Shown: positions 30,828 to 40,563, numbered from the stretch's first letter. The stretch: 64,000 nt of DNA from an uncultured delta proteobacterium (GCA_963727625.1 CAVSHR010000002.1:160001-224000), one strand, 5' to 3'. A program made the numbers and translations. Notes: generated by a model from the letters alone, not told the origin.

Positions 30828-31065
30828 AAAGAAACCCCGGCCATCGGACTTTGACGAAGACACGATGCGACCTGAATACGATTTCTCAAAGGCGGTCCGT
30901 GGTGTGACGGCGGCACGGTACGCGGAAGGTACCAACGTCGTACTTCTCGACCCAGATGTTGCAGAAATCTTTCCTGATACTCGTGCAGTTAACGAAGCAT
31001 TGCGTACGATGGCACGCGTGACGCGCACAACTTTGCGACAGCGCGTTCGCAAACGCACTGCATAA
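30814..31065 (+). CDS. BrnA-like antitoxin
   Basis: MRPEYDFS...RG...VLLDPDVAEIFPD..AVNEALR. Confidence 0.8.
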   Translation: MKKSKKKPRPSDFDEDTMRPEYDFSKAVRGVTAARYAEGTNVVLLDPDVAEIFPDTRAVNEALRTMARVTRTTLRQRVRKRTA

Positions 31066-31119
31066 CCATTGAGTTGAGAAAGCTGCAGCGGAGCGCGCCT
31101 CTCACCCAAAACGTTCGGC
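31060..31119 (+). mobile_element. attC-like site
   Basis: GCATAAC containing the antitoxin stop ... GTTCGGC, 60 bp, inner tgaga/tctca pairing. Confidence 0.6.
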
Positions 31120-31897
31120 GGACTAGTAGCACGCCAGATCCGAGGAGTAAGAAATTGAAAGTTTGGCTGACGTAGCGGCTATGACGGTTGTTCATGTTCA
31201 GGCGAGCGACGCGGTTCAGTCAGTTAATGGCGGGCCTATCTCGAATCCGTTCGTCGGCACCTGGCTGATCACTGAAACGTCCGTGCATGCGGGGCGCCGC
31301 CGAACAACTGGCGCGGGTCCGCGTCGGTGGGCGGTGTGCGCCTGGAAAACATGATGGTGGTGACCAAAAACGGCGCCGAGATCATGGATTATTTTCCGCG
31401 CGAAGAAATTTTGATCGCGCCGCGGTGACCCGCCGCAACTGCGGCGCGATTCTTAACGATTAGAATTGAGCCGCGCTGTGATCCGAATTGCTAACCGGGT
31501 GGCGCGCCGCGGTGCCGCCCGGCCGCCGCGTGCATTCCCTTCGACGAATTCCACCTGCACGATTCCGGCGCAAACCGCATCGATATTTTCCGTCAAAGTT
31601 TTGATGCCGGGTAAAGATACCATCGATAATCGGTTGTACCGCAAGGCGACCACGATGATTGACGATCAAGTGATCTGCGTTGCGAACGCAATCGACCAAC
31701 TGATGACCTTTCAGCTCACTCCTGCGGGAATATTGTGGCCGAAATAGGCCGCCGTTCGTTAGTCCAGATAACCCGCCGCCCTGGCGGCTTTTGCCGGGAA
31801 ACGAAACATTGACACATTGGGGTAGCTGGCTGATATTGCAACCGATTTGGATTTTATTGGCGGAACCATTGCCGGGTTAGGCGGTAATCTGACCGTG

Positions 31898-32814
31898 ATG
31901 AACGCACTTTTTAGCCTGGGACTCTCCTTGCTCGCTTCCGTCGCGTTCGCGCAGGACCTCCGGACTCTCGATCACCAGGGTATAAGCCGCAGTTTTCTCA
32001 TCCACAACAGCCAAGCAGCAAAGAGCGGGCCCAAGCCGACCGTCATCGCGTTGCATGGATTCCGCGATCCGGGACAGGCTATGACCGCAGAGGGGCAGCT
32101 CGACCGCATCGCCTGGCGGAAGCTTGATGAGGTTGCCTCACAGGAGGACTTCATCACCATATACCCCGGAGCCATCAACGGCCGATGGAATTACACCGGC
32201 ACCTCAGCGCCTGTTCGTGCAGGTGCCGGCATCGCGGACGACATCGGCTTTATCTCTAAGGTGATCGATCAATTGCGCTTGGAGAAGATTTCCGACGGTA
32301 GGCGGATCTACCTCTTCGGCTTCTCCCGCGGCGCTTTCATGACCTTCGAAATGTTATGCCGTGCGGCAGACTATTTCGCGGCCGCAGCAACCATGGCCGG
32401 GAGCATGTTGGAAGCGCAGCGTGACGCCTGTAGGCCCGTCCGAGCAGTGCCGCTCGCTGTCTTCGCTGGCACGGACGACCTCAATGTGCCCTACGACGGC
32501 TGGGTCTGCCAAACGGGCGTTTGCTGTCCGTTCCGGAGACGCTCGAATTCTGGCGGCAACAGCACGATTGCAAGGAACAAAGCGCTAGGCTTTTGCCGGA
32601 GCAAAAGCCTTCGGGAAGCCGGGTTCGACTCGTAACATGGACAGGGTGTCGGCAGAAGGATAGCTTCAGGTTCTATCGCATCGAAGGAGGCGGGCACCAA
32701 GCTCCAAGTCTGGATTTCAGCCCGCCCGAATGGATTCAAAAGTACGGCCGCCGCAATCACGACATCGAAACCGGAATCGAGGTGTGGAGATTCGTAAGCC
32801 GGTTCGCGAGATGA
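31898..32814 (+). CDS. LpqC/PHB-depolymerase-like secreted esterase (frameshift near 32505)
   Basis: VIALHG, DDIGFI, GFSRGA, GTDD..VPY.G, IEGGGH, WRF. Confidence 0.82.
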
Positions 32815-32895
32815 TCGCAGCGACCCTCAACCGTGTGGCATCATTTGCTGGATCTGCTCTTAGGATGGGAAAAAAGGGGATATCCTGAAGCCATC

Positions 32896-32954
32896 GGTTA
32901 ACCAATAGCTTCAACCGACGCGGAATACGCGCGGCTGATTTTGGATCGTTACCG
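32896..32954 (+). mobile_element. attC site (59-base element type)
   Basis: GGTTAAC-caatagc-ttcaaccgacgcg-gaata-cgcgcggctga-ttttggatc-GTTACCG; 59 bp with R and L boxes. Confidence 0.75.
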
Positions 32955-33085
32955 TGAAGTTGAATTCTCCTACGACTCAATGATTCCCCGACAGCTATCT
33001 GGATGAAAGCTTCCTCCACTGATGATTCGCGCTTCGGGTGCATAGCCCGCAATCCCACATCGCATCGTTGGTTTGAAATAAACCA

Positions 33086-33166
33086 GACCAACAACCGAGG
33101 CAGCCTCGTGAATCGGGTAAACGTGATCGCTATTGTGGGGCGGCTCTCCGACTTGGAGCGTTGAAG
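33086..33166 (+). mobile_element. Degenerate attC-like site
   Basis: GACCAAC aaccg..gcagcc ... gcggct..ggagc GTTGAAG, followed by an ATG. Confidence 0.35.
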
Positions 33167-33232
33167 CACATATGAAACGAGAGAAATTATAAGCGAGCGG
33201 ACAAAGTAGGGGCGCTGATCGCTGTGCCTTTT

Positions 33233-33793
33233 CTACTGAAAGGTGATCATATCCGTGCGGCTCAAGGTTGAGGCTTTCGCCTTCAGCGGTTCGTTCGTGG
33301 CGTTGGCGCTATTCTGATTCAATATTTGGAATTGGCCGATCGCCACCTCGTAGTCCGTTGCGGCCATGCTGGCATCTGTGGGCACGACGACGGTGTATCC
33401 CCGCAGCGTCGCTCCGACCGAGGTATAGACCACCGAGCCGCTGACCTTCCAGCCAGTAAGAATCACCGTCGTGATTCCCTTGGCCTTCAGCATATTGTCG
33501 AGATCCGTGTTGTAGAATCTGTCCTGACCGTACGACTTAACGATAGGGTCGCCCGGAGCGGGAGCCACCTCCAGCATCCAATTCGAGCTCTCCGGCTCCC
33601 GGGTAGAATACAGGACGAACATGCCGGCTTTTCTTGCGCGCGTCAGCAGTGAGGCGAGGGCCGGGACCATTATTCCAGTACAATTTGGCTGGCTTTTGCA
33701 AATACGGTCGATCATGTCGAACACCAACAAAGCCGTTGTCGTGGGTTTGAGGGCGACTGCGACCGGGTCGGAAAGGGCCGGTATTTGCGTCAT
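33233..33793 (-). CDS. Isochorismatase/cysteine hydrolase family protein
   Basis: TALLVFDM, DRFYNTDLD.ML..KGITTVILTG, RGYTVVVP.DA. Confidence 0.85.
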   Translation of the reverse strand: MTQIPALSDPVAVALKPTTTALLVFDMIDRICKSQPNCTGIMVPALASLLTRARKAGMFVLYSTREPESSNWMLEVAPAPGDPIVKSYGQDRFYNTDLDNMLKAKGITTVILTGWKVSGSVVYTSVGATLRGYTVVVPTDASMAATDYEVAIGQFQILNQNSANATNEPLKAKASTLSRTDMITFQ

Positions 33794-33994
33794 GTTCGAT
33801 TCTCCGGATGCGGGTTTCGTGAAAATACAATCACCACAGCGCCCACAATTCCGCGCCTATAGGAAATTTGCAACACCCTTTATCTCTTACGAGACGAATA
33901 TCGCCGAAGGGGGAAGGTGTCAATTACATCGTTTAGTGGAAACCGCATTGCATGCCGCGCTGATCCATGGAAGATTAGCGGCGGTATCTGATTC

Positions 33995-35188
33995 ATGCCG
34001 GTTAAAATTCTCGAAAATCTAACGGTGGTCGAATGCGCGACTTTTGTCACCGGGCCATACGCCGCGGCGCTGCTCGGTGATCTTGGCGCGCGGTTGATCA
34101 AGATCGAGTCACCGCCCGAGGGCGATCCGTACCGTTACTTCGCGCCGGACCGGTTTTTCAGTTTCAATTTTGCTCATCTCAATCGCAACAAAGAAAGCCT
34201 GGTGCTCGATCTCAAGACCACCGAGGGCAAAGAGATTTGCCTCAAGCTGCTCAAAACCGCGGACGTATTCATCGAAAACTTCCGCCCCGGAACGGCGGAT
34301 CGCCTCGGCATCGGTTACGATCACTTGCGCGGCGACAACCCGAAGCTTGTCTATTGCTCGATCTCGGCGTTCGGCCAGAGCGGGCCCTACGCAGAGAAAC
34401 CGGGCTTCGATACCTTGGGACAGGCGATGAGCGGTTTGCTAAGCTTGCTGAGCGATGCCGATGACCCGAAGGTGATGGGCATGGCGGTGTCCGATTACGT
34501 GACCGGACTTTCCGCGGCTTACGGCATTCTCGGTGCGCTGCTCGCCCGCGCAAATAGCGGCCAAGGCTGCCGTGTGGAAACATCGCTGCTGCAATCGACG
34601 ATTTCTTTTATCGGCGAAACCGCCGCGGGGTATCTGCGCACGGGTAACGTGCCCAACCGCATGGCGCGGGTGATAAACGCCCATGCCTTTGCTTTCGTCT
34701 GCAAAGACGGCCGGCCATTGGCGATTCATTGCTCGGTGCCGGAAAAATTCTGGCTCGCGCTGCTCAAAGCCGCCGAGCGCATGGATATCGCGGCCGATGA
34801 CCGCTTCAAAAGCCGCGACGAGCGGCGGCAGAATTTCGAGGCGCTCGAACGGGAGCTGGCACAGACATTCAAGAAAAAATCGCGCGATGAATGGTTGAAA
34901 ATTCTCGAAGCGAACGACGTGCCGGCGGTGCCGCTTTATAATGTCGCCGAGGTCCTCGACGATCCGCAGGTCAAGCATCTGGGCCTCATCGAGGAACTCG
35001 ATCATCCCCAAGCCGGCGCGCTAAAGTTCGTCGGCGGTCCGGTACATTTTGACAATCTCGCCCGGACGGCCTCGGCACCGCCACCACTGGTGGGCGAACA
35101 GAGCGGGAAAATTCTCGGTGAGCTGGGCTATTCAAACGAAGCGATTCGTGATCTCGCCGCGCGCGGCATTACCCGAACCCTGCCGTAA
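33995..35188 (+). CDS. CaiB/BaiF class III CoA-transferase
   Basis: LGDLGA..IKIE.P..GD, NRNKESL.LDLK, ENFRPG, catalytic Asp in VSDYVTG. Confidence 0.93.
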   Translation: MPVKILENLTVVECATFVTGPYAAALLGDLGARLIKIESPPEGDPYRYFAPDRFFSFNFAHLNRNKESLVLDLKTTEGKEICLKLLKTADVFIENFRPGTADRLGIGYDHLRGDNPKLVYCSISAFGQSGPYAEKPGFDTLGQAMSGLLSLLSDADDPKVMGMAVSDYVTGLSAAYGILGALLARANSGQGCRVETSLLQSTISFIGETAAGYLRTGNVPNRMARVINAHAFAFVCKDGRPLAIHCSVPEKFWLALLKAAERMDIAADDRFKSRDERRQNFEALERELAQTFKKKSRDEWLKILEANDVPAVPLYNVAEVLDDPQVKHLGLIEELDHPQAGALKFVGGPVHFDNLARTASAPPPLVGEQSGKILGELGYSNEAIRDLAARGITRTLP

Positions 35189-35268
35189 ACAACCATCACT
35201 CACGCCAATGCCGGGCAGCTAGGCGGCGGCTCGAATATGAAAAAATTATCTGCAGCGCCGATCATCCC

Positions 35269-35538
35269 TTGACGCCGACGCTCGTCGACGGCGCCGGCGC
35301 AAGCTCGCACTTGTGGGCGGCGATTACGGTGAGCGTGGCGGCGCTCGGCGCCAGCGCGATTTTGGATGTGGCCAGCCGCAGCAAGTTTTCCAACGTCATG
35401 GAATTCTCCAGCGTCTTGAAACCCATCGAGGCGGACTTGGTGCCGACGATTTCCATCGATCAATTCATCAACAACACGCAAAAGCTCAAACCCGAGCTCG
35501 ACGCGCTGGCGCAAAAAGCCAGACCCGTGCAGCCGTGA
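35269..35538 (+). pseudogene. Possible gene remnant (SBP-like C-terminus)
   Basis: Coding-like tail DQFINNTQKLKPELDALAQK with no convincing start. Confidence 0.3.
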
Positions 35539-35663
35539 ATCGATCGTCGAGTTGTTACAACGGATCGCGGTTTGACTTAGAATTGACCACTGGCTAGTGT
35601 ACCGAAGATTTTTCGTTTAAGGTTTAATGGTTCAAGCGTTCAAAAGTCGGAAGGGCATCAAAC

Positions 35664-36665
35664 ATGATTTACGACGTTGAAATCAATTCGGCGGCGCACT
35701 ATCCGGCGGCCGAAGTGCCGGGATTGGTCGTCTTGGCAGAGCAGGTCGGCTTCGGCGCGTTCTGGAAAGGCGAGTCCAACAGCACCGATCCGATGGTCAT
35801 GCTCTCGGCGGTGGCGAGCCGGACCAATACCATCAAGCTAGGCACGGCGATCTACCATATTTACGGCCGCAGCCCGGTGACGCTCGGCATTCAATCCGCG
35901 ACGCTGCAGGATCTTTCCGGCGGGCGGTTCCTGCTCGGCCTCGGCGTGGCCAACAAGGCGATCGCCGGCTGGCATGGCGGCGTATTCGACCGGCCCTTGA
36001 AAAGAGCGCGCGAGTATATCGACATCGTGCGCAAAGTCGCCGCCGGCGAGCGGGTCGAGTACGGGGGCGAAATTTATCAGACCGGCAAGCGCTTTCAGCT
36101 TTCTTGGAAGCCGAGCCATCCGAATTTGCCGGTTTATCTCGCCGGTCTCGGGCCGCAGATGACCAAGCTGGTCGGCAAAATTTCCGACGGCGTGTTCATC
36201 AATATGGCGACGCCGGCCAAGGTCAAAGAAATCGCCGCGCGGGTGCGCGAGGGCGCCATCGAGGCCGGGCGCGACCCGAGCAAGATCGAGATCATCGCCA
36301 AGTCACGCGTGTCGCTCAACCCGGACAAAAACTTGGCGCGATCCAAGCTGCGCCAGGTGCTGACCTTTTATAATATCGCCGATCACTACAGCGACATGCT
36401 GCGCGGCATGGGCTTCGAAAAGGAAGTGGGCGCGATCCACGAGGCGTTTCAAAAAGGCGGCTTCAAGGCAGCGATGGGCGCGTTGACCGATGAATATATG
36501 GATAAGCTCCCCGTCGTCCCTGCCAGTGATATCAAAGAGATCAAAGAAAAAATGAAAGCCTTCGAGGAGGCGGGCGCCACGCGTATGGTGATTCCCTACG
36601 TGCCGGTGACCGAGCCGGTGGTGGAAGACGCGCGGCGATTTTTGGAGGCGTGGGGCAATGCATAG
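35664..36665 (+). CDS. LLM-class (Mer/F420-type-like) oxidoreductase
   Basis: T.TIKLGTAI, ATLQDLSGGRFLLGLG, PVYLAGLGPQM..L.G.I.DG. Confidence 0.9.
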   Translation: MIYDVEINSAAHYPAAEVPGLVVLAEQVGFGAFWKGESNSTDPMVMLSAVASRTNTIKLGTAIYHIYGRSPVTLGIQSATLQDLSGGRFLLGLGVANKAIAGWHGGVFDRPLKRAREYIDIVRKVAAGERVEYGGEIYQTGKRFQLSWKPSHPNLPVYLAGLGPQMTKLVGKISDGVFINMATPAKVKEIAARVREGAIEAGRDPSKIEIIAKSRVSLNPDKNLARSKLRQVLTFYNIADHYSDMLRGMGFEKEVGAIHEAFQKGGFKAAMGALTDEYMDKLPVVPASDIKEIKEKMKAFEEAGATRMVIPYVPVTEPVVEDARRFLEAWGNA

Positions 36666-36698
36666 GCAACACGCGCGAGTTTTAAATTCTAAGATTGC

Positions 36699-36731
36699 AA
36701 AGAAGGGGCGCGGTACACCGTGCCCCTCTTT
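36699..36731. terminator. Hairpin between convergent genes
   Basis: aaagaaggggcgcgg-taca-ccgtgcccctcttt. Confidence 0.6.
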
Positions 36732-36762
36732 ATTGGGCCGCAAGCGCCTCAGCGCCCGCCTA

Positions 36763-37152
36763 CTATACCAGCTGTGCTCTTTGTTCAAGCAAAATTCTTT
36801 TCAAAATCGACCTGTGGCAGCGGCTCTCGTCTTCGCAATAGCAGCCCACCGAAAAATTCGTTTGCTGTGACAGGGCGGCTAGCAATGCGATGATCCGCCT
36901 AGTGTCCGGCTTAGCCATCTCGCGCCGATAGCGCCGCTCGAAGACGGCCCAGCGCTTCGGCGTCAAAGGTTCCGAAAACACCCAGGAAACCAGCTCCGCG
37001 CTCGGAGCAAGTTCCGGCAGCCACAGGTCGTAAAAATCGCGCCGCGCATAATCCGCCTTACGCACGCCGCGCGGCGGCCGGCGTACCGTGCCGATGCGCA
37101 GACCTTCGTCTTTGTGACGCTTCGTTCCCAGCTTTACGATACGAATCGCCAT
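36763..37152 (-). CDS. DUF488 (YeaO-like) protein
   Basis: EGLRIGTVRRPPRGV.K, W.PELAPS.EL, CHRSIL. Confidence 0.88.
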   Translation of the reverse strand: MAIRIVKLGTKRHKDEGLRIGTVRRPPRGVRKADYARRDFYDLWLPELAPSAELVSWVFSEPLTPKRWAVFERRYRREMAKPDTRRIIALLAALSQQTNFSVGCYCEDESRCHRSILKRILLEQRAQLV

Positions 37153-37226
37153 TGTGTTGAACTTTTCCACCCGAGTTCCGACACGCAACCGGCTGCTTGA
37201 CGATTTGGGTCCGGACCGGACGGTGA

Positions 37227-38390
37227 CTAATGCCAAAGCTGCTTGGTCGCCAGGCGGGCGCCCTCCGCCATCGCCTTGAATTTTGCCCACACGATCCTCG
37301 GGTGGACTTCCGGGTTGTACGTCGCCTGGGACGAAAATCCGCAGTCGCTGCCGGCGATCACGCTTTCCCGCCCGACAAGTTTGGCGTAGCGAGTGATTCG
37401 CTCGGCGATGAGCTCCGGATGCTCGACGATATTGCTCGCGTGGGTGATGACTCCCGGAATCAGCATTTTGCCTTCCGGTAGCTTCGCCGTCTCCCAGACG
37501 TGGTACTCGTGCTCGTGGCGCGCGTTGGCGGCCTCGAAAGCATAAGCGCCGGCGTTGACTTTCAAGATAAGATCCACGATGTCTTTCAGCGGCGCATCGT
37601 GTACTCGCGGGCCTTCGTTGATGCCGTAGCAGGTGTGAAAGCGGATTTTCTCAGGTGGAATGCCGCGAATGGCGTGATTCAGCGCCTCGATTGATTGTTC
37701 CGCCAGCTTGCGCCGTTCGGCCGGAGTCAGCGACGGATCCTGGCTGTGGACTTCCGTGAGCCAGGGATCGTCGATCTGTAATACAAAGCCCGCATCGACG
37801 ATCGCCTGATATTCATTCCGGAGCGCATCGCCGACCGCGTGCAGATACTCCTCGTCGCTGCGGTAATACTCGTTGCTGCCGACGCCGCTCGGCGCCACGG
37901 CGGGCATGAAAGCATCTTCGACCTGCAGGCCGACGAGCGCGGCTTTGAGATTTTCAATGTCTTGGCGGATCGCGTCGTGGCCGCGATAAGCGATCGGGCC
38001 GGTGCACACCATCGGCGTGCGCGGTATGATACTTCCGCCCATCATGCGCCGCTTAAAATAATTTTCGTAGTATTCCGGAAACGTCTCCACCTCCGCGGCC
38101 CACTGCTTCCAACCGCCCGGCGGCGGCGTCTTCGCTTCGAACCCGCTCAGCCGCTCGCGCACATAGGCAAAGAATCCCGGCTTCCCCTGCTCGCCGTCGG
38201 TGACGACGTCGATGCCGCTTCCGATCTGTTCACGAACCGCGTCCGCGACCGCGGCTCGGACGCTGTCGCCGTAGGCGATCGGGTCGTAAGACTCCTTGTT
38301 CAATCTGGCTTTCATCAAATCAAGCAGGGCCTTGGGCCGCGCCAGACTGCCGCAATGAGTGGTGAGAACGCGATCGGTACTATGCTTCAT
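37227..38390 (-). CDS. Cobalamin-independent methionine synthase II (single-barrel MetE-like) family
   Basis: TTHCGSL.RP, DGE..K, LQIDDP, HTCYG, EAANARHEHE, SDCGF Zn ligands. Confidence 0.9.
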   Translation of the reverse strand: MKHSTDRVLTTHCGSLARPKALLDLMKARLNKESYDPIAYGDSVRAAVADAVREQIGSGIDVVTDGEQGKPGFFAYVRERLSGFEAKTPPPGGWKQWAAEVETFPEYYENYFKRRMMGGSIIPRTPMVCTGPIAYRGHDAIRQDIENLKAALVGLQVEDAFMPAVAPSGVGSNEYYRSDEEYLHAVGDALRNEYQAIVDAGFVLQIDDPWLTEVHSQDPSLTPAERRKLAEQSIEALNHAIRGIPPEKIRFHTCYGINEGPRVHDAPLKDIVDLILKVNAGAYAFEAANARHEHEYHVWETAKLPEGKMLIPGVITHASNIVEHPELIAERITRYAKLVGRESVIAGSDCGFSSQATYNPEVHPRIVWAKFKAMAEGARLATKQLWH

Positions 38391-38443
38391 AGTTGCATTT
38401 CCTCTGCGGAAACGGAGCCGCCGGTCTCAATCCGATCCTGATG

Positions 38444-38857
38444 TCAGAGCGAGCTGCCGTCGGGGTAGATCATGAACTCCAGAAGATTGGAGTCCGGGTC
38501 GCGCAAGTAGACGCTCGTGGCTTTGGCGCGGCCGTTGTCACGCCCGCCCACGCGCTCCACCGGGCCTTCGATGATTTTGGCGCCGGCCTGATCGAGCATG
38601 GCGCGCAGCGACTCGGCCGAGCCTTCCCAAACGAAGCAGAAATCGCCGCAGCCGGGCACTGCCGTCGGCCCGCGCAGCGTGAAATTTCCGCTCTGCCATC
38701 TCTCGGGAGCGTGAAAATTGATCTTCTGATCGCCGAAGTGGACCGAATAAAAATGCTCCCGTTCCTTAACGCCGAATCCCAGCGCGCGATAAAAGGCCAG
38801 CATCGCGGTCGTGTTCTGAATAGGTATCGCAACGTGGTCAAAGCTTCGGATTGGCAT
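38444..38857 (-). CDS. VOC/glyoxalase family protein
   Basis: FDHVAI, FY..LG, EGPV.R.GG, SVYLRDPDSNLLE. Confidence 0.9.
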   Translation of the reverse strand: MPIRSFDHVAIPIQNTTAMLAFYRALGFGVKEREHFYSVHFGDQKINFHAPERWQSGNFTLRGPTAVPGCGDFCFVWEGSAESLRAMLDQAGAKIIEGPVERVGGRDNGRAKATSVYLRDPDSNLLEFMIYPDGSSL

Positions 38858-38928
38858 TGTGATAGGCTCCTGCCTTGGAAGTACGCTTGCTATTCCCCAT
38901 CCGGTAAAACCCACTATAAGCGTAGGCT

Positions 38929-38989
38929 AGCTAACGATTGGCGATTGAGCGGCCCCGCTTTCAACAACCCGCTCCACCCGATATTAGGC
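38929..38989 (-). mobile_element. attC-like site
   Basis: Minus strand GCCTAAT..tggagcgg ... ccgctcaa..GTTAGCT, 61 bp, 19 bp after the stop of 39009..39524. Confidence 0.6.
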
Positions 38990-39008
38990 CTTTTGTTCTC
39001 GCGAGAGA

Positions 39009-39524
39009 CTATGATTCATACTCAGCAGCACCAAACAGATGATGTTTCATTAAGCCGCTATAGTTGTCCCATGCAATCTTTCGCACCTTTTCGCGGATAC
39101 GTTTACAAACTTTGAGTTCGTCGTCTGTCCAGTCTGGTCGCTCAAGGTATACGCGGCGTTCTATATTGGAACTAATGGGCTCGATGATTTCGTAGTAATA
39201 GAGTCGTGCGATCGGTAGCTGCTCTTGCCGAGCTTGATCAAGAACAACGAATGTCAAACCACCGGGTCGTATCGTCGGTACAATTTCCGCATGCGGTAGC
39301 CGGACTGGTGTTGCCTGTGGAATTCGGCTCCTCAACATTGCATTTAACGCATCCAGATCGACCCTAAGGTCTGGATCCAACTCGACTGCTGGAATTTGCA
39401 CCACTTGTTCTCGGAGTTCGTGCTCACCACTATAATGATAGCCGTACCGAACTTCCAAGCCGCCCGGCTCAAAGCACTGGATGCCATAGTCCAAATGGAT
39501 GTTCAATTGATGTTTCAAGGCCAT
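39009..39524 (-). CDS. Hypothetical protein (putative cassette gene)
   Basis: 171-aa ORF, more AT-rich than the flanks, no recognised motif. Confidence 0.6.
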   Translation of the reverse strand: MALKHQLNIHLDYGIQCFEPGGLEVRYGYHYSGEHELREQVVQIPAVELDPDLRVDLDALNAMLRSRIPQATPVRLPHAEIVPTIRPGGLTFVVLDQARQEQLPIARLYYYEIIEPISSNIERRVYLERPDWTDDELKVCKRIREKVRKIAWDNYSGLMKHHLFGAAEYES

Positions 39525-39722
39525 TTAATTTCCGTCGGACTGTATACGCTACTCGTCGTAAGATCGGTGTCAGGCATTTATATAATTTCCGGGGACATAG
39601 TACCAATTTTACATCGTGCCCAAGCTTTCCAGGCTTCTAACAAAGTCCGTGGTTTTCGTGCCCATCCTCGTTTTCCGGTTTTTTCAAACCCTCTGCAGGC
39701 GGCGCTCAATAGTCGCGTGATA

Positions 39723-39941
39723 TTACGCTCTGCTTCCAGGCCCGCGGGAAGTCGGTTTGTTTTCTTTTGTAATCCTGATGAGAAAGCGCAGTGCTTCATT
39801 CACCGCGTCCGCCGTTGGGAACGCTTCTGCAACGTCAGACTCTAGACGGACCACCGAGCCTCCGAAACTCTTTCGACCAGGGCCAAACCGGCGGACCGGC
39901 AAACTCTTGAGGTCGTATTCTGGCCGCAACTTATCTGCCAT
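39723..39941 (-). CDS. Orphan BrnA-like antitoxin
   Basis: LRPEYDL...VRLESDVAEAFP.ADAVNEALRFLI; paralog of 30814..31065. Confidence 0.75.
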   Translation of the reverse strand: MADKLRPEYDLKSLPVRRFGPGRKSFGGSVVRLESDVAEAFPTADAVNEALRFLIRITKENKPTSRGPGSRA

Positions 39942-39997
39942 AACTACTCTACCCTATAGAAGTAATCGGGAGCGTAAAAATCCACGTAGAGTTATCC
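39938..39997 (-). mobile_element. Weak attC-like site
   Basis: Minus strand GGATAAC-tctac ... gtagagta-GTTATGG, 60 bp, 4 bp after the toxin stop. Confidence 0.4.
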
Positions 39998-40001
39998 GAC
40001 T

Positions 40002-40340
40002 TTACCGCACAAGATAGTCGCTTAACGTTTTGAGAAGCTTTTTATGCCTCGCAGCAGTAATGAAGCCGATGGATCCGGCAATTCTGCTACTGGGCAATAC
40101 GGCCAGAAATCCGAGCCTCACCAATGATTCTGATTTCAAACCGGTTGACGTGAAATCCGGGTCGGAAGGTGAAATGACTTCGTCGAAGTCTTTGACCTGC
40201 TGATGCAGTTGCGTGCTTACGCCACAGACAAGAAAATCCTTGTAGGGTGGCATCTCGCGTAGGATTACTGCGGGTCGGGTCTTGAGGGTCCCGTCAGCTT
40301 GAGGAACCGGAGTGAGAATTACGTCGCCTTCCTTCATCAT
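40002..40340 (-). CDS. PemK/MazF-like toxin
   Basis: GDVIL.P.PQ.DG..K.RPAVIL, VCGVST, TGLK.ES.VR. Confidence 0.85.
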   Translation of the reverse strand: MMKEGDVILTPVPQADGTLKTRPAVILREMPPYKDFLVCGVSTQLHQQVKDFDEVISPSDPDFTSTGLKSESLVRLGFLAVLPSSRIAGSIGFITAARHKKLLKTLSDYLVR

Positions 40341-40563
40341 ATTCAGGATTCGCCTCCCTGATGGAATCTAACGAATACTCCTCCTCGTTAGGGGCGTAAG
40401 CATTTTCGAGACCCGATCCAGATAGACGCGACCATGAGTCATGATCGGCGTCATGATTCCCTAACACGGTAACAATAAGTTTGGTATTTGGTTCCAGCTC
40501 GACGGGCTCGTCCAAAAGTATGCGTTCGCCGTCAAAATGAGCGGGAATTGAAACGTTACTCAT
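40294..40563 (-). CDS. Putative cognate antitoxin
   Basis: IPAHFDG..I.LDEP..L.PNTKL.VT; upstream of and overlapping the toxin; GGAGG RBS. Confidence 0.7.
   Translation of the reverse strand: MSNVSIPAHFDGERILLDEPVELEPNTKLIVTVLGNHDADHDSWSRLSGSGLENAYAPNEEEYSLDSIREANPEYDEGRRRNSHSGSSS

Larger units (their letters stand above)
30486..31518 (+). repeat. 193-bp direct repeat (30486-30678 / 31326-31518) containing the M24 3' end
   Basis: Offset 840 bp; 10 mismatches, no indels, by manual alignment. Confidence 0.95.
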
